This document shows positions 26,722 to 40,500 of a DNA stretch of 64,000 nucleotides, one piece after another. Both the position numbers and the translations under genes were made by a program. The notes under the pieces were generated by a model, which saw only the letters and a program-made list of their open reading frames with translations, did no database searches and was not told the DNA's origin. The number at the start of each line of letters is the position of its first letter. The stretch's first letter is position 1. This stretch comes from Phoronis australis (Eukaryota > Animalia > Phoronida): the NCBI GenBank assembly GCA_002633005.1, contig NMRA01000700.1, positions 131,937 to 195,936 of the forward strand. The letters run 5' to 3'.

Positions 26722-29212
26722 GTAATACTTTATAGGGTGAATGGTGTCGGTGTTACTAGTAACTCAGATGTTGACCAGCATGATATCGGTTAGAGGATCA
26801 GTACTGGCATTTACAATACATGGATACATGTTATCATAGCGCAGTAATGAAATTGTATAAAATATAATGACTGATAACAAACCTTTGACGGTAACTAATA
26901 GCAACCGTTTTGTATGAAATCGTGATATAATATAACGTCGAGCCTTTTTGCTGATAAAAACCTTATCATCGAAGTAACATGTACCTTAAACTTCCTTATA
27001 TATCCTTCCAATCGGCTAGAGACGTGTAAAGTAATAAAGTAATGCATTGACTAGAGAAGTGAAAAAGGACGAGATTTCTCAATTGCAATATAAAACACTA
27101 TTTACTCTCCATGTGCAAGCACAGAATACTGTTGTTCCTGGGTTTTCTCCAATTTTATTCTTATTCTTATTCTTATTACTCTGTGCGTGTAAGCGCAGCT
27201 ACTATTGTTCCTGGGTTTTCTTCAATTTCATTCTTCTTATTCTTATTTTTATTCTTATTCTTATTCTTCTTCCGATTAACTTTGAAAATTAATAACTCAA
27301 AAATGGTTGCGGTATGTTCTTCAAATTTAACATATGATTTTTGGCAGTATATAAATTTTGATTCCTTATACATTCATATTCAATAATGCACCGGAAGAGG
27401 TCATTTGGTGCAAATGTCATGTAATTTTTCAAAATGCTACTCCTTCTTCATTACTCTGCGCGTGTAAGCGCAGAGTACTGTTGTTCATGGGTTTTCTTCA
27501 ATTTTATTCTTATTCTTCTTATTACTCTGCGCGTGTAAGCGCAGAGTACTGTTGTTCCTTGGTTTTCTTCAATTTTATTACTCTGCGCGTGTAAGCGCAG
27601 AGTACTGTTGTTCCTTGGTTTTCTTCAATTTTATTACTCTGCGCGTGTAAGCGCAGAGTACTGTTGTTCCTGGCTTTTCTTCAATTTTATTCTTATTCTT
27701 CTTATTCTTTGTGTTCTTCTTATTCTTCTAATTCTTCTTATTCTTCTTCCGACCAACTTTGAGGCTTAATAACTCCAAATTGGGTGCAGGTGCGGTCTTT
27801 AAATTCAGCATATGACTTTTGACAGTATATAAATTTTGATTGGTTATATAACACCGGAAGAGGTCGTTTGGTGCAAAGGTCATATAATTTTCAAAATGCT
27901 ACTCCTCCTTCAGTATCAAAGCTATCATTTTCAAATTCGGTGCACTGGTATCAGTCAAAATGACAATTTAGAAAAATTACTTTTCTAAGTAATCGGGTCA
28001 TCCAATCAGGTGAAATAGGTCGAAGGTCATTAGGTGTAAACTTAAAATTTGAGCTAGACACATCAAATTGACAGGTCTGATTGCCACAGGTAAATCAAAT
28101 CGGAATCCAAAGTTTCAGGTCATTTAATGCAAACATGGGGTCATTAGGTGCATTTTTCTTCTGAAAATTTGACGTTTTCAATCAGCAAGTATTCTGACTT
28201 GTCAACCGTTAGATAACTGTGATTCTCATCGTTAAACACATTTTCCATGGGCTTTGCAATAATTCTCCTAAAGATGCTTAAAATGCACCGGATAAGGTCA
28301 ATTAGTGCAAAGGTCATGTAACGTTCAAAATGTTAAGTCTTACGTTTTTCAAGGAAATCTTTTCAATTTCAGCACATTGGTGTAAGCCAACATGCAATAG
28401 GCCTAACCAATCAGAAAAGTAGGTCAAAGGTCATTGAGTGCAAACTAAAATTTTGAGCTAGAGACTTCAGAATTACGTATCTGTTTACTAAGTGCGATTG
28501 AGTTTGAATTCTAAATTTTCAGGTCATTCGGTGCACCCATGGGGTCATTACGTGCATTTTTCTTCTGAAAGTTTGACCAATTCATTCATCTTGTATTCTG
28601 AAGTGCTTAAAGTGAAACAATTGTGATTATTAGCATTAACCACACTTTTAATCTAGTTAGCAATTACTCCCTTATCGGGGCACATAATGCACCGGAAGAG
28701 GTCAATTAGTAGAAAGGTCATCAAAAATTTAATATGTAATTTCTTTTACAATCTTAAAGAATTCCTTTTCATATTGGTAAACGGGTTGCTGTCAGTAACT
28801 TCCCATAATTATTCCAGTAATACGCAGGCGCAGAGTCACGCAGTGACAATAATCTTTCTAGATACTCTGCCCGTGCAAGGGCAGAGTACTGTTATTCCTG
28901 GGTTTTCTTCAATTTTATTCTTATTCTTATACTTATTCTTATTCTTATACTTATTCTTATTCTTATTCTTATTCTTATTCTTCTTGTTCTTCTTCCGACC
29001 AACTTTGAGGCTTAATAACTCCAAACTGGGTGCAGGTACGGTCTTTAAATTCAGCACATGATTTTTGACAGTATATAAATGTTGATTCATTATATAATCA
29101 TATTCCATATTGCACCGGAAGAGATCATTTGGTGCAAAGGTCATGTAATTTTCAAAATGCTAACTAAAAGCGTCGTGTGTTCAATGAATTCGGAAAATTT
29201 GCTCCCAAATGT

Positions 29213-29260
<48 letters not shown>

Positions 29261-32200
29261 GCGTGTGCGTGTGGGTGTGCGTGTGCGTGTGTGTGCTCTT
29301 GTGTGCAGGTGTGTGTGGAAGTGTGTGTGATAAACCAAGTAATGCATTCGCGGGTGTGGGATTGTCTGGGTCATATGTACATGTAATTAAGTATTCTGTT
29401 TAAACCTTTATCGAATCTCATTTTGTGACTAAAGCTCATTTCCATCGAAAAGATATACAGTGTACATGTAATTGTCCACGAAGCGCGATCTCTGTGAAAC
29501 GCTCCGTGCACAATAAGTGTAGTATTGTCGCTTGATGACAAAAGCACATCGTCGAAAAAGATAAAGCTATTGTCAAGGACGATGAAGCAGCTAGCAAACA
29601 TATTGTAAGTTGTAGGTAGATATTGTTCTATAACTAATCTTGCTTTGACACTTGCGTCGTGCAATTATTTTTCCACAACTGTATTTAGTATTGCTGTGTT
29701 GAACTTGGTGCACCATTGTTTCCATTACGACCAGGCGTCAACATGTGATATCGAGTTTGTACCATATGAGTTAAATGAACGCAACGAGAGTCAGTAATTG
29801 GCAGGATGCACAAGTAGACTATAATTTCAGCCCAGTCCGTGTAACAACGATGTGGGCAATGCGGTTCATTTGCTAAGTACTCCAGATGCGCAAATTGGAA
29901 ATTTGTAATTAATTTTTTTTCATATGTTCATTTAAGTTCTGGCGAGTGGGTCATTTCGGCATCTTAACAGAAAACTGGAATGAACGATAAGCACGTAGGG
30001 ATCTGCAGATTTGGTGAGATTTCAAAAATTATGTTGGCGAAGTTTTAAAACTAAGTGTTGATAATAAGTGTAGTTTCAATTCAAGAGCTGTTAAGTTAAT
30101 TAGGTTAATAAAAAGATGAGTGACCCATTCAAAATATAAGTGGATGGTTATAGCAACGTGGTGTAATGGTATAAAGGTAAAGTTACGTTTTCTGTGATTT
30201 CACGACTGCTATATCACCGTGTAGATGATTGTTCGAAATCGTCCTCGACCCCAACCACCCGTGACCCACGACCTGTGGCAATAGATGTATCGTTGCACTG
30301 TTTATTCACATTTCATAATCAAATTACGCCGCTAAATGAGAATCCTTTAAAACTTAACTACGCTGAAATCTGCTCTGTCCCTAGTCTGGTGGTTAAAACA
30401 GAAAGTGGTGTATGAACTTGATCTGAAATTTCTATCGTTGTCACGGAAGTGATCCCACGAGCGGCTACCGATGGTTTTGTTCTGTTAAACTTAAGAAGAG
30501 AGTAACTTGACGTTAATGGGCTACAGGACGTCAGCCAGGAATAGAAAAGTCGGAACATGCGCGGAACAGTTGCGCAGCAGTGTGTCGTTTTAGCTTAATT
30601 CAATGACTTAGTTTTCTTTGTTTATTTTCGTGTCTTAGCTTTTCGACTGTGAATAGTAATAAGAATATTTCTAGTGTTGATCACAGCATTTGAAAAAAAA
30701 CGGTGGAAACTCTGTTGATTTGCTGAAATTGAGCTAAGGACTGTATCGCCAAAAGTAGATTTTACGCTGTGACTGGCGGGCGACGGAGAGTTGAACGCTA
30801 CGAGCAGACGATCGACTCGCCTTAGCTCTCTGTTAAGATATACATTATGCATCCATGACGATACATTTTCGTTGGATTTTTGGCTGGTTTTGTTGACCTG
30901 AGACGCTTTTTAGCTTGACCTACTTACATGTATAAGCCCAGATTGAAACTTCAGCGAAGCCCAAAAGTAGCGGCCTGTTCACCGTCATCGGTAAGTGTTC
31001 TCTGTTTTTGGAGCAGTAAAACTGCTTTTTCAGGAACGACTCCTTGGAATAATGATTCAGGTAGCCCAAATAAACGAGCCCAACCAAATGTGGCGTTGTA
31101 CGTGCGAATTTACTCCACCAAGAAACGGCTCATCAACCGTGAAATGCAGCATCTACCGTTCTATACGGATTAGTTCTTCATGTACTTCCCCTTATTTCAT
31201 GGCAATAACCTTGCGTATACGGCATCCTTTTTTCCACATATATACCATCTATCGTAGCATTTGGCGGACTGTTAAATGGTAGAAGCATATGGAAACGGAA
31301 TATAATGTTTCTAATTAAATATTTTTGGCAATTTGATGATTTTAAAGTCAAATCGATTTTGTTCCTGCTAAAAAACCCAAGATGTTTCGCAAAAACAGAA
31401 ATGCACCTACAAATCTGAATGCAAAACTATTTACCTGTACTCCAATAGTCCAAATGAGATCATCTGGTCCAAAAGCTATGCAGTCCACTTTAGCAGTGAG
31501 GAAGTGTTATTCATTGTTACGTTTTTCCCTAGAAGTGCAATAGCAAAAGTAAAAAATGGTTGCCATGTATGCTGGGAAAAGCGTTCAAAATCGACGGGCA
31601 ATGATTGCCACAACAGATCTTTCTTAATATTACCTCATGAATATTACGAGAAAATCCAAAGCGAGGCTGATCATACCTGCTTCCTGCTGGCTGATCGTGA
31701 CCTTACACTTGTTCCAAACATACATGTTACATTTAGCTTTGTGGAATCTTATTGTAAAAAGTCTTCATAGTCATCTGGCAAGAATTATCTGTCCGAAGGC
31801 TACAAGTACTCCAGTGAAAGTTTCATAATTTCATTAAGAAATGAACACTTTTACAGGCTGCATAAACATTCTTCAGTTGTTATTGAGCTGTCAGAGGTAA
31901 TAAGAAAAAGGTAACAATAACATGCTATTTGTTACCTTTTTCTTATTACCTCTGAAATGGAGTGATTTTTAATTTTGAACCCTTATCACTGAGTATCTTA
32001 TTAATTAAAAAAATATTTTATCAGTCATCACACTTCCCCCTTGATTTATTTAGTCAGTTTAGTATCGCTATATCTGATATCGAGCATGTCTACAGCGACG
32101 ATACCAATGTCATTGATGCACGCGAAGCTATATCCAACTAGGGTTTTAAAGACTGTGAAGAACATTTTGAGTTTGTCACCATTCACCAGTGAGTTTGGCT

Positions 32201-35200
32201 GTAAATTTGCCCAGGTTAATATTTTCCTACTTTCTGATGATACTGAGCAGTTGAAACGTTCTGACAAATTTTCTTCCAGCAATCCTGATATAAAGCTACA
32301 GAAAAACGAAAAGTTCCTCAAGAGGATTATAATTAAAACACCCAGGTCTGCCAACTCTACTAATATACCCTGGTATAACTTCCAATACAGCAAGTGGTTA
32401 CATATTATTCATATTTTACAATCTTGTACTAAGAGAATATCTACATGGTTAACATAAACTTTTCAGATTCAAAACAGTTTTTAGTGTGTAAAAATTATGA
32501 AAGTCGGGTTACACCAGTGTTTGCATCATTGTATGACTGCTTGTTTTATTGTGAAATGATACATTCTTGAACTTGAGAGGGTGTGTGTGTCACCCGCAAT
32601 TGTCTGTAATATATACAAATTTATATGACTGCGTGTCTTCAGTCCAGCTTGATAACTCAAGCAGTCTCAGTGAATTAAGTCTCAGTTTTTGAGACTGAGT
32701 TTGTAGAACATTCAAAGTTTGTCATTTTCTTTTAACTCCAAAAACTATTCATTTAAAATAAGGTTTTACTTTGGAGAAGTTCAAAGTGCTACTAGGAAAT
32801 GATGTGCTTGAAAGTTACTACCTATTCAAGCATCACGGCCACTAAAGTGGACTAGAAATGATATAAGATTGTGTCATAAGTTACTTCCAATGTTGGCCCA
32901 TTGTATCTGCAAATCTTCACTAGCCAGTGTTTTATAAATTCTTAGTCAGTGAGGAATTGATGAAATGGCATTACTTTGTTCATTCTTTGGTTATTTGCGC
33001 AGCAAGAGACACAGCAGTGTGCAATTGTTTATGTAGAGACTCACTGTAACCATACAGCTTCCTGTACACTGATAAGTACTAGCTTCCTTCTGGGATTGGA
33101 ATGTGAGTCATGCTTAAATTTTGAGAAAAGCCTCTCGACAATCCCCCTGCACTGAAATTGTGAAACATGTGACACCAATCCGCTTGTCCTGATGAACTAC
33201 ATGTACATATAGCTAAATGTGTAAACTTAAGCACTCCAAATTAATTTCCTATACACGTGCACTTCTCAATCCGTATGATAACTGCTAATGGCTACTGTGC
33301 TCTCCTGATTTAAGGGGAGAATACTTTCCTAACTGCAAATGAATGCCTATCGCGGCACGCCTATTTCACTTTTGTTGTCTCGTGAGTAACGATTTTGTAT
33401 TTCGAATAGCAAAAGACATTGATAGCTTTAGTGGATTAAATAAAAGTGTACTTGTACATGCCTCTAGGTCGCAATTAGGAACTCAGAATTAGAGGATCAT
33501 TTCTTTTGAGCAATACATGTACCTCCCGCTGTCACCGAAATTTTAACTCTTAAGCTGGTTAGTCGTCTACGTGACGGCTGATCGCTCAACCTAAACTAGA
33601 AACAAGTTTCTGGTTTAGTCCAACGCGGACCTGAGTTGTATGTACGGATACGTTGACATTATCAAGCTATCTCTTTCTATGATGATCCATAAATATCATA
33701 TCGGTGTGTCTGCAGTGACCAACTCATGACCTCTTATATTATTTACAGGAGCTCTGCCTTTTGTGATTGTCCTCATATCTGCATGCCAAGGTATGTAACT
33801 ACATGTCACAGCCACCGCGTTTTACATCGAAGATGAATAAAAGTAATGTGTAATTGTTGACAATCCTGTATATTTTGCAGTGCTGCAAATCACGTATCAA
33901 TTTGCAACCAGCTAGTCAAATCAGCAGTTTAAGGCTTGAAAAGAAAGTTCTGTTAGACGAAGACAAACAGGTCCAATGTGACCTTATCTTAAAACTTAAC
34001 AGGGTTGCAAAACTGAAATTTGTACTCACCTATGTCATGGTAACTAGGTATTATAACATACAAACCATCGATTTCAGTTTTTGTTATGTTTATGCCTGAC
34101 ATTAATGCTCACCATACTGTATTTGAAAAAAATTCGTATTGTTGCTCTGCTGAATTGGGCATCGTTACCTTAACAGCCAGGTATTTTGACATGCCCTATT
34201 ATAGATGCTGTGGCAGTCGTGTCATAATCATTTAAAAGACCTTTCACATACATGTGTACCGTCATTCAAAACTTTCAACTTTTTACCCTCCTCTCCACTC
34301 CCTCAAAACCTGCCATGGTGATAGAACCAACCCCGCCCAGCCTCTAATTGCGCCATAACAGCAAACCCCCTTGTTTGGAACAATTGATAGTTCGTTGAAA
34401 AATCCTTCTAATGACAAACTAATGCTATATTAGTCACTGTTGTAATTAGCAAAGAAATATTACAAACAATTTTCACTATCAAGCCGAAAATTAATGAATA
34501 TTTGCACACCTAAATACATCAAAAGACTTTGAGGAGAGAGCGGAGAAAAAATGTTTTAATAGGGGCGGCATTTTTACGTGTCTACATATATACTCGGGAA
34601 CCCAATGGTCGTCCGCCTAAGCATAAAACCGACTTGCTGTTGTACTCACCGAATTATTCCACTTCAAAGTTATGATCTGAATAGGATTCGATTTAACTCT
34701 CACAGATATACCGCATTCATCGATTCGGAAGTTTTCTTTAATTTGTGCCGAGTTATTTCAAATGTGCACTGCCTTCGGCAGCCATTTTATTGTGACACCT
34801 AAGTTCGTCATATGCTGCCCCCTTTTGTAAAAACTGAGAAACATGCAGAAAAAGGCCAACGAAGTAATGAAAATTGCAACAGCCTGTTTTTATTGACATA
34901 AACTCGATTTGAAGCTTTGATGTTGAGCTCTGCACTGTGGTTTCCAATAAAAGCCAATTGGACAACATTTCAATGCAGTTTAATGGTGAATGCGTGAGGC
35001 AAAAATGTTAAGAACCCAGCGTATCGCATTTGTCTGCGGATTTTTCCTTTGGCCTTCTAGATCCTACTAGTGCCTGGGACAAACAGATACATTGCATAAA
35101 CAAACCCTGGATCATGTTTTGTGTCCCGTCGGAAGAAAATTTAAATTCGAAAACATCTTCTGAAAACGCACAAAAAAGTGTATTAGTAAAATCTACTGAT

Positions 35201-37491
35201 TTTTAAGTGGTTTTAAAAAACAATCGGTAAACTCACCGATTTTTGTCTCATTACTTTGATACGTGTCTCTTCCGATAAGTTAGTACCTAACGTGCAGACG
35301 AGCACTCCAAATTGGAACGCTAAGTCCCGCGTGGTTGCGCTGCACGCGAAACAAGATGGCGGACGACCTTTGGAGCCTGACGACAATAGGTAACCGGACT
35401 ATACAAATGTGGTTGCATATGAACGCCATCTCTGTCCAGCGTCCGCTGCTCTATTTTGTAAATGGATAGCAGGATCTTAATGAGATTTGGCATATGCGTA
35501 TCTTTAAAGCAGACAAAGACAATTAAGGGGCCGATCTCACTACGATTCTCCCCCACTCTATTTGCATTTTTATATTTCCGTCTTTTCCTTAGAACACTTT
35601 TTCACTTTTTAAAAAGAATGGACATACCGTATCTGATCTATTAAGGGGACGCTGAAGACTTCTAACAGCGGGCGGATTTCATCTTTTTGCCGCACGCCTC
35701 TATTTTTGCTAAACAATTCAAACGATAGTATAAACAAAGGTACTTGTTCCTGATCAGAAAACCGCAACTGTTTTCGAGGTTTACAGCTTTAGCACCCCAT
35801 GGCAGCAGTTCTGTTTTGCGTCTATAACTATATCTTCATAACTCTCATTTGGAGAATCTTTTTGAAATTTTGCCGATGTGTTCCAATGGAAATGGCAACA
35901 ATTGACAACGAGTTTCAGACCAATCTAACCACAGCTGCGCACACAAGTGCATGAGAATGTTCTACATATTACGATTCTCTCTGTTACTTGAGTTACGGGT
36001 GGACTCTTTACATACCAAACGGTCCAAGGGATTACTATCAAAATAAGCAATAGTGTTTCTGATGAGAAGGCCATGAATGACACTGATTTTCGGACGGATT
36101 AGACGACTGTGATGGCCCCTTGAGGTGATTTGTAGTTTTGCAGGTATGACTGTATGCCTAGTAAATGTGACAATGTCCAAGACTTTTTGGACAGCTCTGA
36201 CTGGTGCTGTGCCCCCTAGCGTCAATTTCAGTTTGTACGTTTGACTGTATTCAAAAGATACTCTGTTAACTGCACCAAATACTGGTTTAAAATTCTGAAT
36301 ACTCCTCACGAACGTTATACAAAGGACGCTTACAACATGTTGTGCAGTCTAAATGAAAGTACCCTATCCGCAATTCATTGTCCATGCATGATTTCCTGTG
36401 TGTATGCGTAGGTTAATGTATATTTATCCCATATATGTAGAAATACGGATATTCTGTCCGTTATGAACTGTGAAACAGGTACAGGGTGTAAAAGCCGTAA
36501 TTCATTGTTGGTGATTAGTCTCCTGGTGGAGTACATTCGCATGTGCAACGCCAAATTTCGTTGAGGTCTTTCATTTGAGCTCCCTAAATCATTAATACAA
36601 ACTGTCGTTCTGAAAAGCAGTTTAACTCTAAACAGAAAATGATTACTGACGAAAATTTCCACGCACGGTGGTCAGGCGGCTATTTTTGGGCCTCGCTGAA
36701 GTTTCAGTCTGGGACATTGTAAATAGGTTGATCTAAATGGCTTGTCCGGCCAACAAAATCAGCCAAAAATCCACTTCAAATCAAACGAAAACTTTTCGTT
36801 ATAGATGCATACAATATATATACACTGAGAGCTAAGGCCTTCCAGAAAATTGTGACCTATTACCTGTTCTGTGTCTTTTTACTGAGACAATCGTCAGCTC
36901 ACAGCGTTTTAATCAACTTTTCGACCTTGCCGGTCGTAGTGTAAAGGTTTTTGAGATACAGTTCTCACCTCACGTTCTGCAAGTTAGCACAGTCTCCACC
37001 GTCAATTCCCAATGCTGTGATCAACATTACTGTCGAGAAGCCAAGACACGAAATTAGACCAAGAGAACTAAAAAATTCATCGAAGCTAAAAAAGCGCACT
37101 GCTGCACAACTGTTTAGGGAGTCTTTCAATTTTTAGATTCCCCGATGTATTGTTTCTAAGTTAAACTTCTGATATTAATGAACGGTTTAGTGTTTTAACT
37201 TGTATGTTTCACAAACTGAACATTTTTATCAATTTATTATGAAATAAAACTTTATTCAACACTTTCGCAGACAATCTTGCTGCATCACCGGCTTTGCATT
37301 CATATGACGTAATATAACGATAAGTCGCAGTACACGGTAACAAGATATTGCCGAGATGATGCAAACAAGTGTCATTGAGACATTCCGAGATAAATGAATC
37401 ATCGAAAGAATATGGCAGTAGTGTTCCTATGTATGTGGGATAACCTATAACTATATGTATATGTATTAGTTTATGTTTATGTATGTGTGTT

Positions 37492-37526
<35 letters not shown>

Positions 37527-40500
37527 ATGTGCGTGCATGGGCGTGCGTGTGCGTGTACGTGCGTGTGGGTGTCTCTGTAAATGTGTGTGTGTTTGTGTGT
37601 ATACGTACATTCTGTGTATACTTTCCAGGATTCGAAGATTCAATGTTTGATGAAGCTAGGAAATACGAGCATGAAATCACACCGGCTTGTTATATCCACA
37701 GCTCAACTACTGAGCTTACATTTCTGGCTCAAAAGGGAAGACTTACAACCCCGGAATACTGCGTGAAAACTTGTGAAAGTCGTTGGTTTGGTTTTTGCGG
37801 TGTGCAGAATGGCAACGAGTGTTGGTGCGGCAACAGACTTGATAGTCTAGTCAGAACTGAAGAATCTCAATGCAAACAGAAACTGTGTTTAGGTAACCAA
37901 AATCTATTTTGCGGGGGCAAGGACAGGCTTTGGGTGATGAGTACAAATTATGCATTGGGTAAGTAAGAATTTGGCCGAAGTGTCCACAAATTGTGAAAAC
38001 AATCATCTTCTGGGACATAGGAATCACAATCAAAATTGTCCTAAGAACTCAACTTTCACAAAGAACAAAGCTTGAACCAGGGTTTCATCGAAGCAATGGT
38101 CAATATTGTAGTGAATCAAATGTGAGTGACCCACATGAATGGTAAGATTGTTACTTATACCTTATTGGAGAAAGTGGCCTATAATAGCGGTAGTAACGTT
38201 TCCAAAAACTATTATAATTTTGAGACCAGAAATTCAAATTTATGCCTTTGTCATTTAAATGGGAATAAGTCATTTAAAACAATAAGCAAAGCTAAATTCA
38301 AAAAAACTAAAATTGCCGCTGTGTGGCACACCGGTATTCAGATCTGTTATGATGTGATTTCTTCTCATCCAAGACTGGAAAGCATAAGCAAAGTTCCACG
38401 AACGTGTATTCAAGAATTTTTGGACATTCAGAAATGGATGCCGAAAATCAAACAGTGACTGCACGAACAAACGGGGGTGACGGCATAGTACCCCCACATC
38501 TACATGTAATTATGTAGGTGCATAATGAAAGCAACATATATGCCAGTGTCAAAGTCTCTCTGTGCTGTCCCAAACTGGCCAAGTGCCCCATATTTTCAAA
38601 GCTTTAAGTGGCTCAAATTATCACAACACTGTGTGCGTCAATTTGGCCTTGTATTGTCAGGTTTACCAGGTTTACAATATTGTTTTAGCGAATTGATAAT
38701 AAGTTTAGGTTCACGGTTTCGGTCGTGGGCACTCAGCCTAACAAAGGTAGGGAATCTCCCTCAAGAACAAGGAACTCGGCTGAAAAGGCGGTGACAACGG
38801 AGCGGAAGTGACGCATGCGCATAGACATGTAGACTGCATGGTCATGACTGCAGACCAGTTTCTTCGAGTTTCATCGCAACGTCAGAGTATAGTATGTTAC
38901 AATAAGATCCAGAATCATGTGCGAGTCGTGTGGGGATTCCATACATCAGGACTTGAATTGTATTGTCTCGTCATCGCCCAGTGTAGAGGCATGCCTGTCA
39001 GTGTAAGATTCGTCAGAGCTCTTGTTCTCCTGCACATCGAGCGGATGCAGTTGGCGGAATTCCGGCTTTTGAAATTAAATAGGCACTGAGAAGCGTAGCT
39101 CCCCGTTTTCTGGCAGTTAGAGTATGTAATTAACCTCAAACATTTACAGTCATCACTGTTGTGCCCGTGTTGTCCTCAGCGGGATCATTTGCACTGAATT
39201 GGTCCATAAACCAAAATCGTTCTGCTCTTACTCAACCCAAGCTATTGAAGCATTGTTTAATCAATGCGCTGCAAGCATTTTTCTCTTCTTAATTAACACG
39301 CACTTTTGCTTAATGGACACACATGATTGCTTATTCAACGCATTTTATTAGTTTCCCTTATGTCCATTCAAAACCAAGTTTATAGTTAGTACAGAATCAA
39401 CGACAACATAATTCACGAGCTTACTTAAACAATGTACGAAACTGGTCTGGCTCGCCATTTTGAGATTTGAGCACATCTATACAATTGGACCACTGGGATA
39501 TACCTAAAGATATTTTATCAACATAAAAAACACGACTCAAAAACATAGAATGCTATGACATCATATTTTCCCCGCTAAATCGTGTCTATGCAAGATTACT
39601 GAGACAATGCGTGCGTGTGATAGGTTGCTTCTCGCTATTCTATAACTGAAAATTAGCCCAAGTGTACGATACATTTTTAGTTTACAAAAATTGACTATAG
39701 CAATATATGCCACGGAATTGTCAGAAGCATAGCATGTCCACAAGGTGATATTCCTCCATTTTAGGACATTATCAAGACGTTCAGAAATGTTGGAACGTAG
39801 ATTATGACGATCTTTCCCATTTTCCTGCGTATTCTGGTGAACGAAATAGTCGAGAATTCTGTCGCCAACTGTGTGGAACTATCAGGTCAAAGTATGCAGC
39901 AACGGAGAATGGACGCATTTGCCGGTGTGGAGACAACTTCTTTGGAACCACAATGCTTCCCATGAGTAAATGCAACAAAAGATGCAGTGGGGATACCAAA
40001 AGCACATGTGGAGGGCGTTTGGCAATCTTTATGATGAATTCTGAAATTGCAGGTAAATTATCTCGTCTGTGTTCTCTACGGCCACCAACCCTATTGTATT
40101 GTTACCATCAAAAATCGGTGAAGTTGAGGTGTACATATCGGCTACTAGATTTCGTTTTCCTTCAAAGTGGAATCTGTCTCAAGTATGATGGGTCATATAT
40201 TCACACTAAAAATTCCAGGATATTCGTCTACAAAACACAGTGTTTCAGGAGATCTGACAGACAATTTCTTTGAACTAAAAGAACACGCAGCACTTTACTT
40301 ACAAAGCAATAATATCACTAGCAAAACTGCACCACGACACGAACAAGGCATAAGTGAGCGCTTGAAGCACGAGTCTCGATAACCAACAAAAAATCTGATC
40401 CTGGATTACCCTATAATACACCCTAACTGAAAAATGACACACCGTACAATGCCGCCATGTACACAATAGTTAGCAACACGCTCAATTAAATGGATCACGA

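Noticed and set aside
27450-27700. CRISPR-like appearance of repeated palindromic units
   Set aside because: The intervening sequences are near-identical rather than unique spacers, there are no cas genes, and the context is eukaryotic. Explained as HINE-like 5' ends.
35962-36309. 115-aa minus-strand ORF
   Set aside because: No recognisable motif or splice structure. Length is within chance expectation.
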